Of a DNA stretch of 64,000 nucleotides, positions 18,384-27,500 are shown piece after piece (within the stretch, counting starts at the first letter, position 1; each line of letters begins with the position of its first letter). Location of the stretch: positions 96,001 to 160,000 of the IMG/VR virus record IMGVR_UViG_3300033485_000001; one strand, written 5' to 3'. The stretch comes from a virus. Both the position numbers and the translations under genes were made by a program. A model generated the notes under the pieces. It was not told the DNA's origin and did no database searches. It was given only the letters and a program-made list of their open reading frames with translations.

Positions 18384-19589
18384 ATGATCGGAACCCCAGG
18401 GGCCGTGTTCGATCCCTACGACGACGAATTCGAGTCCCTTCAACAGATGCTTCAGGGGCGCGAGATCCCTGAGTTCATCAAGACGGCCTCGATCCTCGAT
18501 CGGGAAGACCTTCAGCGGCTGCCGGACCATGCCTTCGCCATGGTCGTGATCGGTGACGGCTACCAGATGCGGAAGTACGCCTGCATCGATCCGGCGCACG
18601 TCACGGTCAACGTGATGTACTTCCTCGAGCACGCCGACGAGCTGCCGGAGGCGGCGAAGGAGAAGGTCGCGCACAACCTCCTCCGGGCCTGCAACCACTT
18701 CGGCATCACGCCTCCGGCTCCGCTGACCAAGATGGCCGCCGGCAGGAAGGTCCTCATCAAGACCGACGGCACCAACATCACGGTGAAGAGGGAGAAGACC
18801 GGCGAGCTCAGCGGCTCTCCGGTGATGCCGCTCTCGGCCAGGCCGTCCCTCGCCAAGCTGTCGTCCGTGATCAGTGACCCCTACGTCGAGCCAGGTCCCC
18901 CGAGCCGGCGGCAGTTCGACCCCGGCCCGAGCGTCCTGGACGACGAGCTTCCGCTGGCCAGCTACGGCCAGGTGAAGGAGGCCATGACCTTCTTCCACGC
19001 CTTCAACGGCGACATGCACCCGCGACAGCGTCACGAGATGTGCGTCAAGATCGCGTCGAGGGCTGACGCTCTCGGCATCCCAGTGGACGACGTCATCAGG
19101 AAGTACGGGTCCCGCACCTTCGAGACCAGCGTCTTCCTGAAGGCGGCGGCGCTCACCAGGAAGCAGATCTGGGCGGAGATGCAGAACGGCGAGGCTCCGC
19201 ACCTGCTCGAGCAGATCATGGAGAAGCAGGCGAGCGCGCAGCTCTCTCCGGACGTGTTCGCCGAGGCCCTGGCAGAGCTGGACATCATGACCGGGATCGA
19301 CAGGTACTGGGACTCCACGGTTCCCGATCCGTGGTTCTCCACCTACGGTCAGCAGAAGCTGGCCGAGGACAAGCAGTGGCGCTGGGCCAACGGGACGGAG
19401 TACCTCACCGAGACGCAGCTCATGAAGATGGTGGGCAGCCAGCGCGGACGGGATGCGGTGACCAGCACCTTCGACGAGAAGCTGGCCGATGGCCTGAAGA
19501 AGAACCCGACCGTGGTCTTCGACTCCCTCCCCATGGACACGAAGAGGACCATCGCCAGGATCGCACAACAACTCGAAGCAGGGCTATAA
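18384..19589 (+). CDS. Putative virion head/internal protein rich in K-x-A sites
   Basis: ATG 18384 with GGAGG; IKTAS, TKMAA, EKQAS, QKLAE; first gene of structural block. Confidence 0.6.
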   Translation: MIGTPGAVFDPYDDEFESLQQMLQGREIPEFIKTASILDREDLQRLPDHAFAMVVIGDGYQMRKYACIDPAHVTVNVMYFLEHADELPEAAKEKVAHNLLRACNHFGITPPAPLTKMAAGRKVLIKTDGTNITVKREKTGELSGSPVMPLSARPSLAKLSSVISDPYVEPGPPSRRQFDPGPSVLDDELPLASYGQVKEAMTFFHAFNGDMHPRQRHEMCVKIASRADALGIPVDDVIRKYGSRTFETSVFLKAAALTRKQIWAEMQNGEAPHLLEQIMEKQASAQLSPDVFAEALAELDIMTGIDRYWDSTVPDPWFSTYGQQKLAEDKQWRWANGTEYLTETQLMKMVGSQRGRDAVTSTFDEKLADGLKKNPTVVFDSLPMDTKRTIARIAQQLEAGL

Positions 19590-19630
19590 TAGCCCGCCCC
19601 CTAGAGGAAAGGGGATAGGAGGAGACGGTT

Positions 19631-20365
19631 ATGAGCAAGGCACTTTCCGGCATGAACCCCAAGAAGCCCCATCTTCTGAACGCGGGCGGGCTCGCAGGCG
19701 AGATCAGGGATCTCCGTTCCGATGTCGACTCGGCACTCGAGAACCTCGAGGAGCGCGACTCGTCCCTGAACTTCCCGGAGCTGGACTGGGTGGACGGCGC
19801 CGTGACGGCGGCGGCGGGAGACGTGATCCTGATGGGTCGCAACTTCCTCCAGGGCCAGACCTTCGCGTCGCTGACCAAGTTCACCGGCGTGGATCAGCTC
19901 GTCTTCACGGCGCTCAAGCCCGGCCTGGACGGCAACGCCCTGACCATCGCGCTCGTGCACAGCCTCGGACTCCCCGCCGTGACCGTGGGCAAGGTGGGCA
20001 ACGCGATCACCATCACCGCCGACCTCGGAACTCACACGGGGACCGAGATCGCGACGGCTGTCAACGCCAACGCGGCGGCCACGGATGGCTACCTGCGCTG
20101 CGTCGGCGGTGCCGGCACGGCGCAGACCGCCTTCACCGCAACCCCGCTTGCGGGCGGCACGGGCAGCGGCGACTTCAAGGTCTACGTGGGCGGACAGCTC
20201 TGCCTCCCCGGCAACGATCCGGCTGCGGGCACAGCAGCGATCACCGCCACGTCAGCCAGGATGACGCACCCGACGGTCACTGGCGCGGCGGCCGGCGACA
20301 TGGCGCAGATCACGCTGAGGTCGGACAACGTCCTCGCCCAGCCGATCAGCGCGGTGCTGTCGTAG
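19631..20365 (+). CDS. Putative virion structural/decoration protein
   Basis: Ala/Gly/Thr-rich, strong codon bias, TGTEIATAVNA module shared with sheath insertions. Confidence 0.6.
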   Translation: MSKALSGMNPKKPHLLNAGGLAGEIRDLRSDVDSALENLEERDSSLNFPELDWVDGAVTAAAGDVILMGRNFLQGQTFASLTKFTGVDQLVFTALKPGLDGNALTIALVHSLGLPAVTVGKVGNAITITADLGTHTGTEIATAVNANAAATDGYLRCVGGAGTAQTAFTATPLAGGTGSGDFKVYVGGQLCLPGNDPAAGTAAITATSARMTHPTVTGAAAGDMAQITLRSDNVLAQPISAVLS

Positions 20366-20377
20366 CGGTGAAGCTCG

Positions 20378-21298
20378 GTGAACGGTCATGAGGACAGGTT
20401 CATCGAGAGGTTGCAGAAGGTAGCGGCACCTCCGGAGCCGCCGCCGCCACAAGAGGAGGACGACCAGTCCCCTGCCTCCGTGGAAGCGGTGCCGGCTCCG
20501 GAGGAAGCTGCTCCTCCTGCTGAGAAGCCGAGCTTCGTCCCGATCGGACCGAAGAACGTCTTCGGTCATCACGACGCTCACCCTCTACTTCTCGATGCCC
20601 TGCTGCTCCAGAAGTACGGCCCGCTGTGGCTGGACTGGGAGCCAGAGACGATCTGGTCGGAGATCGACGACGACTTCGGCCAGGCAGTCAGCGTTCACAA
20701 CAGGAACAAGATCCAGGCCGTGAGGCTTTGCCATCTGGTGGACACCCCGTGGACCAGCTGGGAGGTGTTCGTAGTTGTGGCCCAGGCGTTCAACAACAAC
20801 GTCCCCAACTTCCGAACCCTCCAGCGTCCGACGGTTGCGCAGATCCTGAATGCGGTAAGCATCATGGACAAGATCAAGTCGGAGGACGAGGTCAAGTTCT
20901 CCGAGGAGGTCATGAAGTTCATCGCTGCTTGCTTCCTCGATGAGGGGGTGGTGTACCTGCCCCCTCCAGTGGATGAAGCCCAGCATTGGGCATCTCGACC
21001 GAGGTATCGCTGTTCCAAGTGTGGTAAGATCGACAGCGACGACGACAACGACATCTGCGACAACTGCGGGGTGTCGGACGAGTATCTCGTCAGGGAGATG
21101 GAAAGGGACTACAGATCCATCAAGAAGAGGTACGATGAGTGCGTGGCCGCCGGTCCGAAGCGAGACGAGCTCGGGGACGATACACCCGAGGACGTTCAGA
21201 CGGCCAAGCTCCTGGTCGCTGACGAGTACGTCAAGGAGCGTCGCCGGCAGCTCGAGGAGCAGACGAGGATACTGAGGGATGTCCGATCACACCTATGA
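20378..21298 (+). CDS. Hypothetical protein with Zn ribbon
   Basis: CSKCG...CDNCG; N-terminal FIERLQKVAA. Confidence 0.65.
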   Translation: MNGHEDRFIERLQKVAAPPEPPPPQEEDDQSPASVEAVPAPEEAAPPAEKPSFVPIGPKNVFGHHDAHPLLLDALLLQKYGPLWLDWEPETIWSEIDDDFGQAVSVHNRNKIQAVRLCHLVDTPWTSWEVFVVVAQAFNNNVPNFRTLQRPTVAQILNAVSIMDKIKSEDEVKFSEEVMKFIAACFLDEGVVYLPPPVDEAQHWASRPRYRCSKCGKIDSDDDNDICDNCGVSDEYLVREMERDYRSIKKRYDECVAAGPKRDELGDDTPEDVQTAKLLVADEYVKERRRQLEEQTRILRDVRSHL

Positions 21299-22223
21299 CA
21301 TGATCCTGTCCGACGCGATGCTCCGCGAGTTCTACATGCTCGAGAAGCAGGCAGCCACTGCGTGGACCGGACGACTTGTGGGAGCTGGTATCGGCGCCCT
21401 TGGCGGTGGTCTGGCTGGTCGCTACACAGCCCCGGAGGAACAGAAGAACCTCGGCACCGTCCGTGGTGCGATCCTCGGCGGCATAGGCGGACTTGGCGCC
21501 GGGCAGTTCGCGACCAAGGCAGGGCGCACGGAGGCACTCCAGTTCGGGCAGCGTCAGCTCCACGGAGCGACCGGCTACATGCCTGGTCGGGGTCTCTTCG
21601 GTCGTGGGGCTGAGGGGAAGCAGCTCACCGGATCCGATCGTATCAAGGCCCTTGAGGACATGGGCTTCAAGTTCGGCAAGGGCAAGGACATGAAGTCGGC
21701 CCTGAAGGAGTCCGAGAAGGAAGTCGCCGAGGGTGTGATCAGCGGGATCATGCCGAAGGGGGTCCAGAAGTTCTGGGCCAAGCGGCATGCGGCAGCGGAG
21801 CTGGCGAGGAGACAGGTAGCCGAGGCTGGGATGACCTCGCTGCCTGGCCTCGCCAAGGGCTACGTGGGTCGGGGACTACCCGTGGCGGGCAAGGTCATGA
21901 CGCCATGGCAGGCCGCGAAGACCAACCTGAAAGCTCCCGGTATCGCGATGGGTGTAGGCGTCCCCGCGCTCATGTCGGCGCAGTCCCTCGCCGAGTACGG
22001 ACAGACGGGTGACACGGGACAGCTTGCGGGATCACTCGCTGGAAACGTCGCATTGGGAGCGGGAGGGGCGTTGCCCATAACCGCCGCGATGGGACTGGGA
22101 TCAGCCGTTGGACGTGCTGGGACGCTGGTTGCTCGAGGGGCAACACGAGCGCGAGACGCGCTGGTGAACCGCCCCGTTGCGCAGCCTGTCGAACAGCCGG
22201 TTGGGCAAGTGGCTCCGCGTTGA
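21279..22223 (+). CDS. Glycine-zipper membrane-like protein with tag variant (LREFYMLEKQAA)
   Basis: GAGIGALGGGLAG, GAILGGIGGLGAG repeats. Confidence 0.65.
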   Translation: MSDHTYDMILSDAMLREFYMLEKQAATAWTGRLVGAGIGALGGGLAGRYTAPEEQKNLGTVRGAILGGIGGLGAGQFATKAGRTEALQFGQRQLHGATGYMPGRGLFGRGAEGKQLTGSDRIKALEDMGFKFGKGKDMKSALKESEKEVAEGVISGIMPKGVQKFWAKRHAAAELARRQVAEAGMTSLPGLAKGYVGRGLPVAGKVMTPWQAAKTNLKAPGIAMGVGVPALMSAQSLAEYGQTGDTGQLAGSLAGNVALGAGGALPITAAMGLGSAVGRAGTLVARGATRARDALVNRPVAQPVEQPVGQVAPR

Positions 22224-22231
22224 GGTGATCC

Positions 22232-24136
22232 ATGTTCGATTTCGGCTACGGCGGCACCAGTCACTTCCAACCCACGCACACCTACGGTCGCGTGAGAGGG
22301 CAGGCGGTCACGCAGGGCGTGGCCTACCCGTCCCCGTTCTTCGATCTGGCGCACACCTACCTCCCGCCGACGGTCAAGCAGATGTTCAAGTGGTGCAGGT
22401 ACTACTACCTCACCCAGCCGCTCATCGCTGCCGTCGTGAACAAGATGGCGGAGTATCCGATCACGGACCTCGTGATCGACACGGACAACAAGGGTCTCCG
22501 CAACTTGTGGGAGAGGTTCTTCGAGGCGGACATCCAGCTCCGTCCGAGGTTGATCGACATCGGCCTGTACTACATGTGCTACGGCAACGCGCTCGCGTCG
22601 CTCATGCACCCGTTCGTGAAGTGGCTGAAGTGCAAGTACTGCGGCCACTCGGTCATGGCGAAGAAGGCCATGTACAGGTTCCGCACCTACGAGTTCCACA
22701 TGACCTGCGACAAGTGCAACCAGACAGGTCACGCTCTTGTGGAGGATCAGTACCTCCAGACCTCGGGAGGCACCCGCATCATCCTGTGGAACCCCGAAGA
22801 CATCGACATCGTCTTCAACCCGATCACGCAAGAAACGATGTACTTCTACAGCCTCCCCATCCAGACGCTCAACGACATGGCGGTGGGACGGCGGGAGGTC
22901 ATCGAGCAGCTGCCGCAGGTCTTCATCGACGCTGCGAAGAAGCGCAAGTCGATCACGCTCAACAAGGACAACCTCTTCCACATCAAGAGGCCATCCGTCC
23001 TCTCGGGTCCAAGGGACACCGGCTGGGGTACCCCGCTGGTGCTCCCCGTCCTGAAGGACGTCTTCTACCTCCAGATCATGAAGAAGGCACAGGAGGCCAT
23101 CCTCCTCGAGAGGATCGTGCCCCTGACCGTCATCTTCCCGCAGCAGGCGAGCGGGACCGCAGATCCGTACACGAGCGTCAACCTGATCGACTGGAAGGAT
23201 CACATCGCGCAGGAGATTCAGAGGTGGAGGCTGGACAGGAACTACATCCCCATCCTGCCTCTCCCGATCGGGAATCAGGTCATCGGCGGCGACGGACGAG
23301 CTCTGCTCATGTCGCAGGAGATCAAGCTCTGGAGCGACCAGATCGTAGCTGGCATGGGGGTCCCCAACGAGTTCATCTACGGCGGCCTCCAGTGGTCCGG
23401 CTCGAACGTGTCGTTGAGGATGCTCGAGAACCAGTTCATGAGGTATCTGTCCGGACTCCTCCTCTTCATCAAGGACTTCTTGATCAAGGGTATGGCCGCC
23501 CACATGGGGTGGCCCACCGTAGGAGTCAGGTTCAAGCCATTCAAGATGGCTGATGATCTCCAGAGGAAGGCGTTCCTCTTCCAGCTCAACCAGGCCGGCA
23601 AGGTCAGCGACACGACGCTGATCAACGATGCCGACCTGAACCCGGATGAGGAGAACGATCTCCTGCGGAAGGAGACGAAGGCCCGACTCGAATCGGTGAA
23701 GGCACAGCAGATCGCGGAAGCTGAGATCGCCGGCGAGGCTGGTATCGTCCAAGCCAAGTATCAGGCGAAGGCTCAGACGATCATGTCGCAGGAACAGCAA
23801 CAGGCGGCTGCCGGATCTCAGGGCACTGCCCCTGGAGAACCCAGCGAAGAGGTGGGGTCTCAGGCAACGCCACCTCCGGCTGGTGCTCAGCAGGGTCCGA
23901 TGGGACAGCCTCAGCAGGATCCCATGCAGCAGATCGTTCAGCGCCTCCGGGCTCTGAGTCCGGAGGCCCAGCGTACCGTGCTAATGAGGATCGAGCAGAG
24001 CAACCCGGAGCTGGCGAACCAGCTTCGGGCGCAGTTCAAGGAGGGTGGTGGTGTCGATGCCTCGCCGAACTCGGCAGGCAAGCCGCTCCCAACCCAGCTA
24101 CCCCCTCGTAGGGGAACCGAATCAGCGATGATCTAA
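22232..24136 (+). CDS. Portal protein with Zn-ribbon insertion and Gln-rich C-terminus
   Basis: Size and context; GWGTPLV.PVLKD, RIVPL, GMGVPNEFIYGG portal-like motifs; CKYCG/CDKCNQ insert. Confidence 0.75.
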   Translation: MFDFGYGGTSHFQPTHTYGRVRGQAVTQGVAYPSPFFDLAHTYLPPTVKQMFKWCRYYYLTQPLIAAVVNKMAEYPITDLVIDTDNKGLRNLWERFFEADIQLRPRLIDIGLYYMCYGNALASLMHPFVKWLKCKYCGHSVMAKKAMYRFRTYEFHMTCDKCNQTGHALVEDQYLQTSGGTRIILWNPEDIDIVFNPITQETMYFYSLPIQTLNDMAVGRREVIEQLPQVFIDAAKKRKSITLNKDNLFHIKRPSVLSGPRDTGWGTPLVLPVLKDVFYLQIMKKAQEAILLERIVPLTVIFPQQASGTADPYTSVNLIDWKDHIAQEIQRWRLDRNYIPILPLPIGNQVIGGDGRALLMSQEIKLWSDQIVAGMGVPNEFIYGGLQWSGSNVSLRMLENQFMRYLSGLLLFIKDFLIKGMAAHMGWPTVGVRFKPFKMADDLQRKAFLFQLNQAGKVSDTTLINDADLNPDEENDLLRKETKARLESVKAQQIAEAEIAGEAGIVQAKYQAKAQTIMSQEQQQAAAGSQGTAPGEPSEEVGSQATPPPAGAQQGPMGQPQQDPMQQIVQRLRALSPEAQRTVLMRIEQSNPELANQLRAQFKEGGGVDASPNSAGKPLPTQLPPRRGTESAMI

Positions 24137-24171
24137 AAAGGGGAGGCGTCTCAGATGTTGAGACGCCTCCC
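24135..24171. terminator. Bidirectional intrinsic terminator
   Basis: 13-bp perfect stem gggaggcgtctca/tgagacgcctccc, A-run at 24135-24139, T-rich on right. Confidence 0.85.
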
Positions 24172-24201
24172 TTCACTTTCCACAGCCATCGACTCCGGAC
24201 G

Positions 24202-24297
24202 CTACTCGTCGTCGTCGGAATCGATCAGCCACTCCTCCGTGCTTCCTGTGACCACTGCGACGTACGCAGACAGGAACGCCAGGAGGAAAAGTCTCAT
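24202..24297 (-). CDS. 31-aa peptide: hydrophobic N-half, acidic tail
   Basis: MRLFLLAFLSAYVAVVTGSTEEWLIDSDDDE, RBS AAGGAGGT 3 nt upstream of ATG; not in ORF track. Confidence 0.55.
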   Translation of the reverse strand: MRLFLLAFLSAYVAVVTGSTEEWLIDSDDDE

Positions 24298-24331
24298 CCA
24301 ACCTCCTTTCCGTCAGACGACACGGTACCCA

Positions 24332-24427
24332 TCAGTCGGCCTCGTAGTCGCCGAGGAGATCGTCCTCGACCTCCGACTCGAAGTCCGCGAGCTCGCTGTC
24401 CTCCACCACGTCTTCCGGATCCACCAT
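24332..24427 (-). CDS. 31-aa highly acidic peptide
   Basis: MVDPEDVVEDSELADFESEVEDDLLGDYEAD, RBS AGGAGGT; downstream of TATAAG; not in ORF track. Confidence 0.6.
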   Translation of the reverse strand: MVDPEDVVEDSELADFESEVEDDLLGDYEAD

Positions 24428-24469
24428 GCACCTCCTGAGCTAGGGTAAGAGTTTTCCCTACTCAATGAT

Positions 24470-24496
24470 CTTATATCTGGGATCTTGTCGTCCTTG
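24470..24496 (-). promoter_or_regulatory. CAA-N18-TATAAG promoter of peptide mini-operon
   Basis: CTTATA at 24470-24475. Confidence 0.55.
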
Positions 24497-24545
24497 CACG
24501 CGATTGGTAGAGTGAATGAAGCTCATGTTGACCCCCTAGAGGACT

Positions 24546-27500
24546 GTGATCCTCGATGATCGGGGGTTGCGGAGGCAGCAAGTGGCGAGACTTGACCCGG
24601 CCGAGGGGTTCGAGATCCTCAAGAGTCATGTGAAGGACGCGATCTCCAGCTCGTTCCCACAGGAAGGAGCCAAGAACGTCCTCAAGCTCGAGAGCCTGGA
24701 CATCCCCGACAAGCTGAGCGTCAGCAACGTCGGAGAGCAGAAGGCCGCCAAGATGAACGGGCGCACCTGGGGCGTTCCCGTTCACGCGACGCTGGTGCTC
24801 GAAGACAAGAAGACAGGCAAGGTCCTTGACCGAAGCAAGATCAAGATCGCCACGCTGCCCAAGGTGACCAACCGCTACTCCTACATCGTGGAGGGGTCGG
24901 AGTACCAGGTCGACAACCAGTGGCGGCTCAAGCCGGGCGTCTACACGAAGGTCCAGCAGAACGGTGAGCTGGATTCCTTCTTCAACATTCAGGGGCAGCC
25001 GCTGCATCTCGGCTTCGACCCGAAGGAGCGGTCCTTCGTGATGAAGCACGGAGGAGCGCAGCCCCCGCTGTACCCGATCATGCGGGCTCTTGGTCACAGC
25101 GACGGTGACCTCGAGAAGGCGTGGGGCAAGGACATCCTCAACGCCAACATGACCGACAGCCGGGGGAAGGTGCTGAAGGTCGACAAGCACGCCATCGCCT
25201 TCGCGAAGCGCCTGGTGCCAGAGGAGGAGATCACAACCCTCGAGAAGGCGTCGGAGGTCATCAAGCAGAAGTTCGCCGAGTCGCGTCTGCACCCTGACGT
25301 AACGAGCCGCACGCTGGGCAAGGCCATCGACAAGATCACACCAGAGGCGATGCTGCGCTCGTCTCAGCGCCTTCTCGGCGTGGCTCGTGGGACCGAGAAG
25401 CCTGACGTCCGGGACTCACTCATGTTCAAGGAGTTCCTCAGCACCGAGGACTTCATTGGGGAGCGGATCAAGCAGAGCAGCCCGGTCATCCAGCGTCGCA
25501 TCGGGAACAACATCGACAGGCGGGACAAGATCCGTGACATCGTGGGCATGGATGTCTTCCAGCGACCCGTCAAGGAGTTCTTCTCCAAGGTGTCCCTGGC
25601 CTCGACCCCAGAGCAGACCAACCCCCTCAAGATGATCTCGGGTCAGCTTCGTACAACGATCGCTGGGGAGGGTGGCGTCAAGGACGCGAACAGGATCACA
25701 GAGGATGCGAAGCTGGTGGACCCAAGCCACTTCGGCGTTCTCGATCCACTGCACACACCGGAGAGCGTGAAGACCGGCGTGAACCTCCAGCTCGCCCTGG
25801 GGACCAGGAAGGTGGGGACTCGCGTAGAGATCCCGCTCATCCACGCCAGGACCGGGAAGGTGACCTACCTGGATCCTGGGAAGATCAACGACGCCATGGT
25901 GGCGCTTCCCGATTCGGTGAAACGGGTGAACGGGAAGTTCTCTCCGAAGGAAGGATCCACGGTCCTGGTGAGCGGTCCTGGAAACGAGCTGATGCGCGTT
26001 CCCATGAAGGATGTCGAGTACGTCGTGCCGCGCTCGAGCCAGATGTTCTCGATCGCCACGAACATGGTCCCCTTCATCTCCAGCGATTCGCCGAACCGAG
26101 CAACCATGGCCGGCAGGCACATGGAGCAGGCCATCCCGCTCGTGAACCCAGAGGCCCCGCTGGTGCAGTCTGTCCTCGGCAAGAAGAGCTTCGACGAGCT
26201 CGTTGGTTCCTACGCCTCCCATGCGGCGCCGGCGGACGGGACCGTCCTGCGTGTCGAGAAGGACGCCATCCACATCAAGGGCTCCGACAAGAAGACCCAC
26301 ATCGTCCACACCTACGATCACTACCCGACCAACGACAAGAAGGGGATGATCCACAGCAACTCACTCGTGAAGGCCGGCGACAAGGTCACGAAGGGTCAGG
26401 TCGTAGCCGACACCAACTTCACCAAGAACGGCGTCTACGCCCCAGGCAAGAACCTCCAGGTCGCCTACATGCCGTGGCGGGGGTACAACTTCGAGGACGG
26501 CGTGGTGATCAGTGAGACTGCTGCGCAGAAGCTCACGAGCGAGCACCTCCACAAGAAGGGCCTGTCCACGAAGGAGGCGCAGCTTCTGGGGACGAAGAAG
26601 TACCAGGCGTACTACCAGGACCGTCTCAACAAGGAGCAGGCCGCCAAGCTGGATCCTGACGGAGTGGTCAAGCCTGGGATGAGGGTGAAGCCAGGAGACA
26701 CGCTGATCGCAGCTCTGGCGGAGCAGCAGCTCACCACCGAGGAGCAGAAGCTGAAGCTCTTGCACAAGAGCTTGGTGAGGCCGTTCAAGGACAAGGCAAT
26801 CACATGGGACGAGGACGTGGAGGGGGAGGTCATCGAGGTCAACAAGAGGGGGACCAGGGTCGACGTCCACGTCAAGACGGCGGAGCCGATGGACGTGGGG
26901 GACAAGCTGGTGGGTCGTCACGGAAACAAAGGAATCGTGACGATGATCCTACCAGACCACGAGATGCCGAAGACGAAGGACGGGAAACCGATCGAGGTGA
27001 TCATGAACCCCATCGGGACCCCCGGCCGTATGAACATTGGACAGGTCCTCGAGACGGCTGCCGCAAAGATCGCGCAGAAGACTGGTCAGCCCTTCAAGGT
27101 CACCAACTTCGAGGTGGAGAACAACCTCGAGTTCGTCGAGAACGAGCTCAAGAAGCACGGGCTGACCGACAAGGAATCGATCATCGATCCGAAGACGGGC
27201 AGGGAGATCCCGAACATCCAGGTTGGCCCGCAGTACATCCTGAAGATGGAACACCAGGTCGGGAAGAAGATGGCTGCCCGATCACGGGATTCTTACGACC
27301 GCAACCTGGTGCCGAAGGGTGGCGGTCCACACGGAGCTCAGGCCCTCGGCTCGCTCGGCATCTACTCCATGCTGGCCCACGGTGCCAAGGCCAACATCCG
27401 GGAGATGCAGACCTACAAGAGCGACAAGTCGCAGGGTGGTGACAACGACGAGCTCTGGAGTGCGCTCCAGGCTGGTGAGATGCTGCCCCCGCCCAGGACC

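Noticed and set aside
19581-19596. gggctataatagccc palindrome as an AA-N18 promoter
   Set aside because: The upstream AA is at 16 rather than 18 nt, and the site overlaps a stop codon; it may be just a hairpin or a weak promoter.
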